Origin: Acidobacteriota bacterium
Lineage (GTDB): Bacteria; Acidobacteriota; UBA6911; RPQK01; CBDAPI01
DNA: 64,000 bases
Assembly: GCA_965197285.1 (NCBI GenBank)
Contig: OZ240092.1
Coordinates: forward strand, 5,570,345-5,634,344
Direction: 5' to 3'
Part shown: in pieces, positions 48,177 through 58,134 of the stretch
How the letters are laid out: each line of letters opens with the position of its first letter
Numbering within the stretch: the first letter of the stretch is position 1
The notes under the pieces: model-generated
The model's input: the letters and a program-made list of their open reading frames with translations, nothing else
What the model was told of the DNA's origin: nothing
Databases searched by the model: none
Made by a program: the position numbers and the translations under genes

Positions 48177-51017
48177 ATGCCGGAAAAGAGATCAGGAGAG
48201 GGCCCCATCACTGTTCGGGGAGCCGAACAGAACAACCTCAAGGACATCGACGTCACGATCCCCGACAACCGCCTCACGGTGATCACCGGGGTGAGTGGGT
48301 CGGGAAAGTCCAGCCTGGCCTTCGACACCCTTTACGCGGAGGGGCAGCGGCGTTATGTCGAGTCCCTGTCGGCCTACGCGAGGCAGTTTCTGGAGAGACT
48401 CCAGAAACCCCGGGTCAAGGAGATCAGAGGGATCCGCCCGGCCGTCTCCGTCGCTCAGAAGAATACGACTCGAAATCCGCGCTCGACGGTCGGTACGGTC
48501 ACAGAGATCTATGATTACCTGCGGCTTCTTTATGCTCGTATCGGCCGGATTCACTGCCGCTCCTGCCAACGACCGGTTCGATGTGACACTGCGGAGCACG
48601 TTGTCGAGGAACTCCTGAGACTCCCCGAGGGGACCCGTTTGACGCTCGTCTTTCCCTACCAGCTCAGCAGGATGGATCTGAACAGCTATTCGGAGAAAGG
48701 ACTGTCTGCCCCGGCGCTCGTCGAGAACCTGATCCGACACGGCTACCATCGGCTGCTCCTCGATGTGCAGGAGCCCACCGAGATACTGCACCTCCCCGGC
48801 CCGCGACCTCTCGGTGAGGAGCAGCTGCAGACGTCGCGGGTCCTGATGGATCGTTTGGTGGTTCGCGATGATGCCGCCGATCGCCTGGCCGATTCGATCG
48901 AGTCCTGCTTTGCCGAGGGAAACGGTGTCGTCGAGGCCGTGATTGCCGATGCAGGCGGGTCCCCCCAGACAATGCATTTCAGCGAACGCCTCGAGTGCCG
49001 GTACTGCAAGATCAGCTACCGTGTCCTGGAGCCCCGCCTTTTTTCCTTTAACAGCCCCTACGGGGCCTGTCCCACCTGCCAGGGTTTCGGGAACACCATC
49101 AGCATCGATCCCGATCTGGTCATCCCGGACGGGTCAGTGGCCATTTGCGACGGCCCTGTCGTGCCTTTCACGAAGCCCAAGTACAGGGGCTTCCAAAGAC
49201 GTCTGGTGGACTTCATTCGTGATCAGGGAATCGCTACTGCGACCCCATACGCCGACCTGCCGGAGGGCGTCCGTACCCTGATCTGGGAAGGTACGGATTC
49301 GTTTCCGGGTGTTAAAGGCTTCTTTCACCATCTGGAGCGCAAGAAATACAAGATGCACGTCCGCATCATGATCAGCCGCTACCGGGGCTACACGCGCTGT
49401 CCGGATTGCTCAGGCGAGCGACTCTGCCGGGATGCCCGGGACGTCACCGTGGGAGCTCACCGGATCACCGAGCTGACGGCGCAGCCTGTGGCCAGGCTCT
49501 GGGACTTTCTGCGCAATCTCGAACTGACCACCCAGCAGCAGGCAGTGGCCGGCAAGGTGCACGAGGAAATTTCCAGGCGCGTTGGATTTTTGGTTAAGGT
49601 CGGTCTGGAGTACCTGACACTCGACCGTCTGACCTCGACGTTGAGCGGCGGCGAAATGCAGAGGATTCATCTGGCCGCTTCCCTCGGATCAGCGCTGATC
49701 GGGACTCTTTACGTTCTGGACGAACCCACGGTGGGCCTGCATCCACGGGATGAGCTGAAGCTGATTCGCATTCTCCGCCGTCTCCGAGATCTTGGGAACA
49801 CAGTCGTCGTCGTGGAACACGAGCGGGAGATGATCAGCGCTGCCGATTCGATTATCGACATGGGGCCGGGGGCCGGTGAACTGGGGGGGGAAGTCATTCA
49901 CTCCGGGGACCTCCAGTCCCTGCTCGACAATACCGACTCCCTCACTGGAAAATACCTGAGCGGGAAGCTGCGCGTTCCCACGCCTGTTTTTCGCCGCTCC
50001 GTGAATCATCGCAGCCTTTTCGTGCGCGGAGCACGGCAGAACAATCTCAAGAACCTGAATGTGAAGATTCCGCTGGGTCTGCTTACCTGTGTCACGGGTG
50101 TGTCCGGTTCAGGAAAGTCGACGCTCGTGCAGGACGTCCTTTACGCCGGCATCAAGAAGCTGCGTGGGGAATGGAGGGCGGAGGTCGGCGCTTTTGATTC
50201 CATCGACGGATGGGAGTTCCTTAGCGACATCATCCTGGTCGATCAGTCGCCGATTGGAAAGACACCCCGCTCCAACCCGGTTACGTACCTCAAAGCCTTT
50301 GACGGCATCCGCAGGATCTTTGCCTCGTTGCGAGAAGCCAGGGCTCGCAACTTCGGACCCGGCCACTTTTCGTTCAACGTACCCGGGGGGCGCTGCGAGG
50401 TTTGTCATGGAGCTGGAACCGAAACCGTCGAAATGCAGTTTCTGGCCGATGTCCAGCTGGTCTGTGAAGAGTGTCGGGGCAAGCGCTACCAGAGGAAGCT
50501 GCTCGAGGTCACCTACAAAGGAAAGAACATCGACCAGGTTCTGAACCTTACTGTTTCCCAGGCCCAATCGTTTTTCGCGGGCCACAGTGCCTTACTGCGA
50601 AAGCTCCGCCTGCTCGAGGAAGTCGGACTCGGCTATTTGAGGCTGGGTCAGCCTGCCACCACGCTTTCCGGAGGCGAAGCGCAACGAATCAAGCTGGCCT
50701 CCTACATGTCACGAAAGACGAAGGGCCATCCCCTCTTCATTTTCGACGAGCCCACAACCGGTCTTCATTTCCACGACATCGGCAGGCTCCTCCGCGCTTT
50801 CAGCCAGCTCACGGCCCGAGGAGGATCCGCGCTCGTAATCGAGCACAATCTGGACGTCATAAAATGTGCAGACTGGATCATCGATCTCGGCCCGGAAGGC
50901 GGTGAGCGGGGGGGGCGCCTGGTGGCCGAGGGTGCCCCTGAAGTCATCGCGGCGAGCCGGAACTCCCACACCGGGAGGTTTCTCAAGGAGATCCTCAAGG
51001 AAGAAGAGAAGTCATGA
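48177..51017 (+). CDS. uvrA: Excinuclease ABC subunit A
   Basis: Two Walker A motifs (GVSGSGKSS, GVSGSGKST); LSGGE signatures; zinc fingers (CPTCQG...CPDCSG, CEVC...CEEC). Confidence 0.95.
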   Translation: MPEKRSGEGPITVRGAEQNNLKDIDVTIPDNRLTVITGVSGSGKSSLAFDTLYAEGQRRYVESLSAYARQFLERLQKPRVKEIRGIRPAVSVAQKNTTRNPRSTVGTVTEIYDYLRLLYARIGRIHCRSCQRPVRCDTAEHVVEELLRLPEGTRLTLVFPYQLSRMDLNSYSEKGLSAPALVENLIRHGYHRLLLDVQEPTEILHLPGPRPLGEEQLQTSRVLMDRLVVRDDAADRLADSIESCFAEGNGVVEAVIADAGGSPQTMHFSERLECRYCKISYRVLEPRLFSFNSPYGACPTCQGFGNTISIDPDLVIPDGSVAICDGPVVPFTKPKYRGFQRRLVDFIRDQGIATATPYADLPEGVRTLIWEGTDSFPGVKGFFHHLERKKYKMHVRIMISRYRGYTRCPDCSGERLCRDARDVTVGAHRITELTAQPVARLWDFLRNLELTTQQQAVAGKVHEEISRRVGFLVKVGLEYLTLDRLTSTLSGGEMQRIHLAASLGSALIGTLYVLDEPTVGLHPRDELKLIRILRRLRDLGNTVVVVEHEREMISAADSIIDMGPGAGELGGEVIHSGDLQSLLDNTDSLTGKYLSGKLRVPTPVFRRSVNHRSLFVRGARQNNLKNLNVKIPLGLLTCVTGVSGSGKSTLVQDVLYAGIKKLRGEWRAEVGAFDSIDGWEFLSDIILVDQSPIGKTPRSNPVTYLKAFDGIRRIFASLREARARNFGPGHFSFNVPGGRCEVCHGAGTETVEMQFLADVQLVCEECRGKRYQRKLLEVTYKGKNIDQVLNLTVSQAQSFFAGHSALLRKLRLLEEVGLGYLRLGQPATTLSGGEAQRIKLASYMSRKTKGHPLFIFDEPTTGLHFHDIGRLLRAFSQLTARGGSALVIEHNLDVIKCADWIIDLGPEGGERGGRLVAEGAPEVIAASRNSHTGRFLKEILKEEEKS

Positions 51018-51793
51018 GAATTCTGTTCGTCGGTGATATCGTGGGAAAGGGCGGTCGTCGAATTCTTCGAGAACAGCTGTCACGGCTCCAGTCGCTTCAC
51101 CGGGTGGACTTCACCATTGCCAATGTGGAGAACGCAGCCGGCGGCTACGGTCTCACGCCGAAACTTGCCCGCCAGATGTTCGATCTGGGAGTGGATGTCA
51201 TGACTTCCGGGAACCACATCTGGGACCAGAAAGACATCTATCCTTTCCTGGAAGACGAACCTCGCCTGCTGCGCCCGGCCAACTATCCGAACGACCTGCC
51301 CGGCAGGGGTGTCGTTACGGCGAATAGCGCGATCGGGGTACCGGTCGGTGTCATCAGCCTCCAGGGCAGGGTCTTCATGCCCAGCATCGACTGTCCCTTT
51401 CAGAAAGCGAAACAGATTCTGGCCCGCCTTGGTGAGGAAGTCTCTGTCATCGTCGTCGACTTTCACGCCGAAGCCACCTCGGAGAAGATGGCGATGGGTT
51501 GGTTTCTGGATGGGAAAGTGTCGGCCCTGCTGGGTACTCATACCCACGTACCGACCGCCGATGCCAGGGTCCTTCCCGGTGGAACCGCTTACATGACAGA
51601 CGTAGGGATGAGCGGTTCCTATGAATCGGTAATCGGGATGTCTCGGGAGCGGGCCATCGAACGATTCCTGACCGGACTACCGGGCCGCCTCCCACCCGAG
51701 ATCTCCCACTCCCAGTTGTCCTCACTGGTCCTGGAAGTCGACCCCACCAACGGCAAAGCCCGCTCCATCGAATGGCTGGGCTTGATCCGCTAG
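51014..51793 (+). CDS. ymdB: YmdB/TIGR00282 metallophosphoesterase
   Basis: LFVGDIVG; NVENAAGG; TSGNHIWD; VDFHAEATSEK; GTHTHVPTAD. Confidence 0.93.
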   Translation: MRILFVGDIVGKGGRRILREQLSRLQSLHRVDFTIANVENAAGGYGLTPKLARQMFDLGVDVMTSGNHIWDQKDIYPFLEDEPRLLRPANYPNDLPGRGVVTANSAIGVPVGVISLQGRVFMPSIDCPFQKAKQILARLGEEVSVIVVDFHAEATSEKMAMGWFLDGKVSALLGTHTHVPTADARVLPGGTAYMTDVGMSGSYESVIGMSRERAIERFLTGLPGRLPPEISHSQLSSLVLEVDPTNGKARSIEWLGLIR

Positions 51794-51908
51794 CCCGGAT
51801 TATGCAAAAGATCTGAATCCGAGTGAGATTCTGGCTCCAGGAAAAAGCCGTAGCCCTCTGATATAAAAGGGTTTACAAAAACAATGACCCTAAACAGGAG
51901 CTACGGCA

Positions 51909-52514
51909 ATGTTGAAAGCAGTCTGCCAGAATACCCTGCCATTTCACAGCCACAGAAAGATCACGACGCGTTTTGATGGAGGGAGCCTCACTTCCGACGC
52001 AGGATGGTTGTTGTTTGGATCCCTGGATCGTCAACATCGATTGTGCGAGGGCTTCAGTTCGTGTATTGCGGAAAGTCGAGACCGACGCTACGTTCGTCAT
52101 GACCTGTTGAAGTTGATCCGACAACGAGTCTTGCAGATCGTGGCCGGCTACGAAGACTGTAACGACGCCGATACGCTGCGCTCGGATCCGATGCTCAAGA
52201 CAGTCTGTGATCAGTTGCCAGAGAGCGATCCCGATTTGGCCACCCAGCCGACTTTCTCCCGCCTGGAGAACTCCGTCACCAAGAAGGATCTGATGCGTCT
52301 GAGCCGGTGGCTGCTAGGCCGTTATGTGCGCTCCCTGAAGAAGAGACGTCCCAGCAAGATCATCCTGGATCTGGACAGTACCGACGACCACACTCACGGC
52401 CAACAGGAGTTCTCCTTCTACCACGGGTATTACCGAAACCACATTCTGCATCCTTTGCTGATCTTCGATGCCGACACGGGAGACCTGGTCTGTGCGAGAC
52501 CTGGCAACAAGGGG
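51909..52514 (+). pseudogene. IS1380 transposase, N-terminal fragment
   Basis: FDGGSLTSDAG; QRVLQIVAGYEDCNDADTLRSDP; LATQPTFSRLEN; LDLDSTDD..HGQQE..FYHGYY. Confidence 0.9.
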
Positions 52515-52810
52515 TCGGAATGACAAGGGAAAAATGACCCGGAGTGATCACGGAATAGTGACCCACCCTGGGATACGTTGTTCTAATTGATCCTGGAGAA
52601 CCACCTCCTTGAGTTCCTGAAGGATGGAGGGGACGTAGTGAGGGCGAGCCCGAACGGAGTGCCCCTCTCGGCGCGCGACTCGACCGGCCCCTCAGCGGTC
52701 TACTGGCCCCATGCCCCCCTTGAAGTCCCTGCTGGTGGAGATGTACGGGCCACGGGTCGAGGCGACATTGCTGTGTGGCCGTCAGGAGACACTTCCGGGG
52801 GCCCAGAAGG

Positions 52811-53605
52811 CTATTTTGGCCTCGACTTGGCGGATCTTTTCCGGCGTATCTTCTTTTGCCGTTTCAGACTCTCGGCCAGACGGATGCTCTCCCAGTCGAA
52901 CTCGTAGATGTAGCAACGATGGGTGAACCGGTCCAGCAGAGCTGCCGTCAGGGAAGCATCGCCAAAGACCCGTGTCCATTCGGCAAAGGCCAGGTTGGAG
53001 GTCACCAGCAGCGAAGCCTTCTCGTAACGATTGGAAAAGACTTGATACAGCAGTTGCGCTCCTTGTTCCGAGAATGGGATGTAGCCGAGCTCATCGAGGA
53101 CGATCAGGTGAAAGCGATCGAGCTTTCGAAACACTCGCTCCAGCTGCCTTTCCTCGCGGGCTTCCACCAGGGTGTTGACCAGGCCGGAGGCGCTCTGAAA
53201 CAAAACCCGGTGTCCGCGCCGGCACGCTTCCACTCCCAGCACCGTCCCAGCATGCGTTTTGCCCGTTCCATGCTTGCCGATTAGAGACACGTTCTCTCGC
53301 TCGGAGATCCAACTGCACTCCATCAACTCCCGCACTTCGACTGCATCCAGTGTCGGCCACAACGCGAGATCCGTCTTCTCCAGCGTTTTCATCACCGGAA
53401 AGCGCGCTTGCTTGAGTCTTCGCTCCAGCTGATTGGCACGACGCTGCTCGAGTTGGCGGCTCACCAGATCCAGCAAGAAGCCCTCATAACTGGCCCGCGT
53501 TTCCCGCGCTTGGCGCGCACACTCGGCGTAATCTCGCCGCATGGCCGGCAGCCGCAACTCCTTGAGGTGATCCTTCAGCAATACCGCTTCACTGGCGCGG
53601 CTCAT
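52811..53605 (-). CDS. istB: IS21 helper ATPase IstB
   Basis: LKELRLPAM; ARFPVMKTLE; GKHGTGKTH (Walker A); LIVLDELGY; LLVTSNLAFAEW..VFGD..LTAALLDRF. Confidence 0.95.
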   Translation of the reverse strand: MSRASEAVLLKDHLKELRLPAMRRDYAECARQARETRASYEGFLLDLVSRQLEQRRANQLERRLKQARFPVMKTLEKTDLALWPTLDAVEVRELMECSWISERENVSLIGKHGTGKTHAGTVLGVEACRRGHRVLFQSASGLVNTLVEAREERQLERVFRKLDRFHLIVLDELGYIPFSEQGAQLLYQVFSNRYEKASLLVTSNLAFAEWTRVFGDASLTAALLDRFTHRCYIYEFDWESIRLAESLKRQKKIRRKRSAKSRPK

Positions 53606-55131
53606 CCCCTACTCCTCAGCAAGGCATTGAAGCTCGCCACTGCCATCCTCTCGACCCGACGGTCCGTGATCCCCGGAATCAGCTGAGCAGGCAGGGGCGC
53701 GATCGACTGAGTGGAACTTTCCTGGTAACGGATCCAGTGCCGGATCGAAGCCAGGCTCGGGCATTGCAGCTCCAACACCCGGGTAATCGCTTCTTCCACA
53801 AGCCTTTCCGGATAGCGCTGGTGCAAGCCCAGGATGCCGACAAACTCTCGAGTGCCGGAGTTCTCGCCCAGGCGGCTGCGCAACCTGGCGAGCAGCACTT
53901 CGTAATCGTCAGGCCAGCGGTCTCGCCACTGGAGAATAGGCCGGGCAGACTCAAACGCTCCAGGCCGCTGGCTGATCAGATCCAGATAGTGCAGCGGATC
54001 GATCTGCCACTTACAGTTGGAAAACACTCGCTCGTGCTCTGCCATCTTCCGGCCCTCGGCAAACACCTCCACCTGCCAGCAGCTCACATGCGCCCACACC
54101 CAGCGACCCACATACGCCCTGGGCACCGAGTAGCGGTTACGGTCCACTCGCACCGTCTGGTAACGATCCACTTTCACTCGCAGCGGCTTGTAGTTGTCAA
54201 AGGGGCGCTCTGGCAGGGGCAGAAGTCGCGATCTCTCCGACTCGAATCGCTCCTGGACAGTTCGATCATCTTCCCGGCCCGCAATCCGGTGACTGCCATA
54301 CTGCCGGCAGCGCTGCAAGAGCATCTGGTTGAGCTCTTCGAAGTCTTTGACTCGAGGCAACGGCACCAGGAAGTTTCTGCGCGCAAAGCCGACCAGGCCC
54401 TCCACACCACCCTTCTCGCGGCCCACTCCAGGATTGCAAAAGCGGGCCTTGTACGTGTAGTAGCTGCGAAAAGAGACAAAGCGTTCCTGCTCCACTCGTT
54501 TCTTGCCCCGCAGGATTCTCTTCACCGCGGGGCGCAGGTTGTCATACACCAGTTGCCGAAAGATCCCCTGGTAGTAGGCAAAGGCTCGCATGTGGGCGTC
54601 AAAGAACATCTCCTGACGCTCCCACGGATAGGCTCTCACGAAGGGCTTGCCCGAGTAGCGTGAGCGCATCACGAACAGCTTCACCCTCCGGCGCTCCCCA
54701 GCCATCTCGACCCAGGCCGTCCCCCAGTCCACTTCCGCTTCCCGGGCCACTTCCGGGTCCAGAGGAACCACTGCCTGGCTGGCCCCCCAGCCGTGAGCCG
54801 CTTTCCACTCCCGGACCCAACGCCGGACCGTCGATTCTGCTCCCCCAAATCCGTGCTCCTCGACCAGCCGATCCCAGATCCGACGAGACGTGTGACGCTG
54901 ACGCCGAGGACGATCCCGGTCTCCCAGCAGCCAGCCCTCAACAATCGGTGCCACCGGATCCATGATCGGACACCTGGGTGGCTTTCTCCGTCGGTACTTG
55001 GGCTCCAACCCTTGCAAGGCTTTGCGAATCGTTTCCCGATGATGACCTGTCTCCCGACGGATCTCTCGGATGCTCTTTCCGTATACACGGTGGGCTGTTC
55101 TGATAAGCTCGTACTGGTCCATCCCAATCAC
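53602..55131 (-). CDS. istA: IS21 transposase IstA
   Basis: GTG 55131 with GGAGG RBS; HTH SIREI.R.TG; EAEVDWG; LVYDNLR; FCNPG.G.EKG.VEG.VG (DDE core). Confidence 0.95.
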   Translation of the reverse strand: MIGMDQYELIRTAHRVYGKSIREIRRETGHHRETIRKALQGLEPKYRRRKPPRCPIMDPVAPIVEGWLLGDRDRPRRQRHTSRRIWDRLVEEHGFGGAESTVRRWVREWKAAHGWGASQAVVPLDPEVAREAEVDWGTAWVEMAGERRRVKLFVMRSRYSGKPFVRAYPWERQEMFFDAHMRAFAYYQGIFRQLVYDNLRPAVKRILRGKKRVEQERFVSFRSYYTYKARFCNPGVGREKGGVEGLVGFARRNFLVPLPRVKDFEELNQMLLQRCRQYGSHRIAGREDDRTVQERFESERSRLLPLPERPFDNYKPLRVKVDRYQTVRVDRNRYSVPRAYVGRWVWAHVSCWQVEVFAEGRKMAEHERVFSNCKWQIDPLHYLDLISQRPGAFESARPILQWRDRWPDDYEVLLARLRSRLGENSGTREFVGILGLHQRYPERLVEEAITRVLELQCPSLASIRHWIRYQESSTQSIAPLPAQLIPGITDRRVERMAVASFNALLRSRG

Positions 55132-55262
55132 TCCGGCCTCCGTTCTAGTTGTTCTTTTGCTCTTGAACAAACCTAGAACAGAGGTCTGGTTGGGGTGGGT
55201 CACTTTTACTCGATCACTCGCCCCCAATCTGGGTCACTTTTACGATAGCGAAATCAAAGGGG

Positions 55263-55980
55263 GCTGCCTCTCACATCGTGCCCATTCTGAAGCGAGTCGT
55301 GGAGGCCATCCGACAAGCAGTGGGGCCGGGAGTCGAGATTGAGATTCGGGCCGACAGCGGCTTTGCCACGCCTCGGCTCTACGAGTTCTGTGAATGTGAA
55401 GAGAATAAACTCCAGTATGTCATTGGGTTAAGTCGAAACCCTCGCCTGCAGCGAGTGGTCGAGTCCCTGCTGGATTCGACTCGGCTGAGGTTCGTTGAGC
55501 TGGAGGAAAAACAGCGTCAGTTTGACGAGTTTCTTTATCGAGCCCACAGCTGGGATCGATCCCGTCGCGTCATCGTCAAAGTGGAGGTCGATCAGCGTGG
55601 CATCAATCGTCGCTTTGTAGTTACACGATCTCTGCTCCCAATCACTTTATGACCACTACACAAACCGAGGGCAGACCGAGAACTTCATCAAGGCCTTCAA
55701 GAATCATCTGAGCATGGACCGACTCAGCTGTCATCGATTCCTGGCCAATCAGTTTCGACTCCTCCTGCATGCACTGGCTTACCAGATGTTCGTGCGCCTG
55801 CGCGACTATCTTCACGGAACCCCCTGGCACAAGCTCGAAATCGAAACCTTACGTCGTCGGGTCCTCAAGATTGGGGCCCGGATCCGACAAACCACTCGAC
55901 GCATCTGGGTCCATCTTTCCTCAGCCTTCCCCGAACAACCCCTCTTCCACCTCGCCTTGAGTCGCCTGAACTCCAGTTAG
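55263..55980 (+). pseudogene. IS1380 transposase, C-terminal fragment with an extra frameshift near 55624
   Basis: IRADSGFA; YVIGL; RRVIVKVE; then in another frame LYDHY..RGQTENFIK...DRLSCHRFLANQFRLLL.ALAY. Confidence 0.88.
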
Positions 55981-56274
55981 CTTTTCCCAGCTCCCCCGAA
56001 AAACCGCTTCCGACACTCATCCAGGCCCAGATCTGTCTGAAATTCACTCCCCAAACCACTCAAACGCCTCGCCAACCCATATTCTTCGCAAATCCGCCTG
56101 TCACACCTGCCCGCTTCCGAGTTGGGCCACTTCTCGAGTCGTTTTTCAACACCGAACTACGGTTCTTGCATAATCCGGGCTAGCGCGGATCGTTAACGGT
56201 TACCAGTTTGTCAGCCTGTCAGCAAAAGTCGCTTAGAGTGGGGTCTCAGGACCGCGACCGCGGGGTGATGGCAA

Positions 56275-56352
56275 GAAAGAGTGGGCAGGGCCTCGGGGCA
56301 GCGACCGTTTAAATACCCCCGGGAGTCGCCCCGGGGCCCTGCCCACTCTTTC
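56275..56352. other. Long hairpin (25-bp arms, 24/25 complementary, 28-nt loop) downstream of rny; terminator or structured RNA
   Basis: GAAAGAGTGGGCAGGGCCTCGGGGC (56275-56299) pairs with GCCCCGGGGCCCTGCCCACTCTTTC (56328-56352). Confidence 0.7.
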
Positions 56353-56380
56353 GTCACGGTCGGTCGGGTCAGCCTGTCAC

Positions 56381-57943
56381 CTACTTGGCATAGTCCACAG
56401 CCCGCATCTCGCGGATGACGGTGACCTTGATGTGGCCCGGGTACTTCACCTCTTTCTCGATTCTCTTGGCGATGTCTTTGCTGATCCAGAAGGCCTGCTC
56501 GTCGGAGACCTCGCTGCTCTCGACAATGATCCTGACCTCGCGCCCGGCCTGAAGCGCAAAAGCTTTGGCGACGCCCTGGAAGGAAGATGCAATCGTCTCC
56601 AACTGTTCGAGACGCCGGACATAGTTTTCAAGAACTTCCCGCCTGGCCCCGGGGCGAGCAGCTGACACGGCGTCGGCGGCCTGCACCAGTACGGCCTCAA
56701 TCGTTTCGAAAGGGACGTCAAAATGGTGGGCCTCCACGGCGTGGATCACTTCCGGCGACTCGCCGTGCTTCTTCAACAGTTCCACGCCCAGCTGAAGATG
56801 GGTTCCGCTGAGCTGTTGGTCCACAGCCTTGCCGACATCGTGAAGGAGCCCCCCGCGAACACACACTCTGGTGTTTGCTCCCACCTCTTCCGCCATGAGC
56901 CCGGCAAGGAAAGCGACCTGGCGGCTGTGGGCCAGAACATTCTGACCATAGCTGGTTCGATACCTGAGCCGACCCACATGTACGAGAAGCTTACGGGGCA
57001 AATCATGGATACCGAGTTCGAAGGCGGCCTGCTCCCCTTCTTCGAGCAGCGCCCGATCCATGTCTTTTGAAATCTTGCCGACCACTTCCTCAATCCGGGC
57101 GGGATGGATGCGCCCGTCCTGGATCAGGCTCTCGATGGCCCTTCTGGCGATCTCCCGGCGCAGAGGATCGAAACCCGACAGGATCACGGCTTCGGGGGTA
57201 TCATCCACGATCAAGTCAACCCCGGTGGCCTGCTCCAGGGCCCGGATGTTCCGCCCCTCGCGCCCGATGATGCGCCCCTTCATATCATCGCTGGGCAGGT
57301 CGACGACCGAAACGGACGATTCCACCACGTGCTCAGCAGCACAGCGCTGGATAGCCTGCACGACTATCTTTCGGGCGACAACCTCGGCTTTCTCACGAGC
57401 TTCCTCCTCGATGCGTCTGGCCAGCAGTGCCGCGTCATGGCGAGCCTCCTCCTCGATCGTACTGGAGAGTGCTCTCTTGGCCTCCTCGGAGGTGATCCCG
57501 GCGATCGATTCCAATCGCTGCACCTGCTCAAGCCGCAGTTCATTCAGCTCGCTTCGCAGGTTCTCGGCTCTCTGCTGCTCCACCCTCAGCCTTTTGCGGG
57601 CGGCTGCTTCCTCATTCTTCCTTCGCTCCAGCGACTCCTCCAGGCGCTGCAGATCGAGTTGTGTTGCCCTGGATTCCTCTTCAACGAGTTCCAGGTCTCG
57701 CTTCTTCTGCCGAATCTCGGCCTCCGCATTGGTTCTCCAGTCCAGGATTTCTTCCCGAGCCTCGAGCAGCTGCTCCTTCTTGAGTCGCTCGCTCTCTTCC
57801 AGCGCATCTTTATGGAGTACCTCCGCTCTGGCCTGCGCATCGGCCATCTGTCTTTGAATGACTCGAGTCTTGAGGTAGTACCAGATCAGAATTGCGGCCG
57901 CCAGGAGGACCGGAATCAACCACTCGGGAGAGACATCCAACAT
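56381..57943 (-). CDS. rny: Ribonuclease Y
   Basis: N-terminal TM helix, coiled coil, KH domain (MKGRIIGREGRNIR), HD domain (GLLHDVGK). Confidence 0.97.
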   Translation of the reverse strand: MLDVSPEWLIPVLLAAAILIWYYLKTRVIQRQMADAQARAEVLHKDALEESERLKKEQLLEAREEILDWRTNAEAEIRQKKRDLELVEEESRATQLDLQRLEESLERRKNEEAAARKRLRVEQQRAENLRSELNELRLEQVQRLESIAGITSEEAKRALSSTIEEEARHDAALLARRIEEEAREKAEVVARKIVVQAIQRCAAEHVVESSVSVVDLPSDDMKGRIIGREGRNIRALEQATGVDLIVDDTPEAVILSGFDPLRREIARRAIESLIQDGRIHPARIEEVVGKISKDMDRALLEEGEQAAFELGIHDLPRKLLVHVGRLRYRTSYGQNVLAHSRQVAFLAGLMAEEVGANTRVCVRGGLLHDVGKAVDQQLSGTHLQLGVELLKKHGESPEVIHAVEAHHFDVPFETIEAVLVQAADAVSAARPGARREVLENYVRRLEQLETIASSFQGVAKAFALQAGREVRIIVESSEVSDEQAFWISKDIAKRIEKEVKYPGHIKVTVIREMRAVDYAK

Positions 57944-57984
57944 AACAGTTCTGCCTGGGAGACTTTGCTGGGGAAAGAAGGGGC

Positions 57985-58134
57985 ACCCTGCTCAGCCGTG
58001 TGGACGTGAAGATTGAACCTGCATCGAGCAGGTGGGACATCTACCTCCGACTGCACGCAGCCGCAGGACCCGAAATCCCTGGTAGAAACTGTTGGCTCAA
58101 TTTCTACTGAACCATCACGAGCCTCGCAGGGAGT
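57985..58134 (-). ncRNA. ssrS: 6S RNA
   Basis: Located between zapA and rny; closing stem CCCTGC..GCTCGTG pairs with CACGGCTGAGCAGGG; motifs TTGAGCCAACA and CCCACCTG..CAGGTTCAA. Ends are approximate. Confidence 0.8.

Larger units (their letters stand above)
52515..55256 (-). mobile_element. IS21-family insertion sequence (istAB), about 2742 bp
   Basis: Terminal GGGTCAC/GTGACCC repeats at both ends; flanking direct repeat AAGGGG at 52509-52514 and 55257-55262; removing it restores the IS1380 reading frame. The left end could shift by 1-2 bp. Confidence 0.88.
51794..56179 (+). mobile_element. IS1380-family insertion sequence (about 1.64 kb once the IS21 is removed), interrupted by an IS21 element
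   Basis: 14-bp TIRs CCCGGATTATGCAA (51794-51807) and TTGCATAATCCGGG (56166-56179); 4-bp TSD CTAG at 51790-51793 and 56180-56183. Confidence 0.92.

Noticed and set aside
52587-52907. Passenger gene inside the IS21 element
   Set aside because: Antisense to and overlapping the istB 3' end, with no recognisable motif.
56184-56380. SRP RNA, tmRNA or RNase P RNA in the IS-rny gap
   Set aside because: The conserved motifs (SRP helix-8 GGAA/GCAG, tRNA-like ends, RNase P P4) were not found; kept only as an unexplained hairpin.
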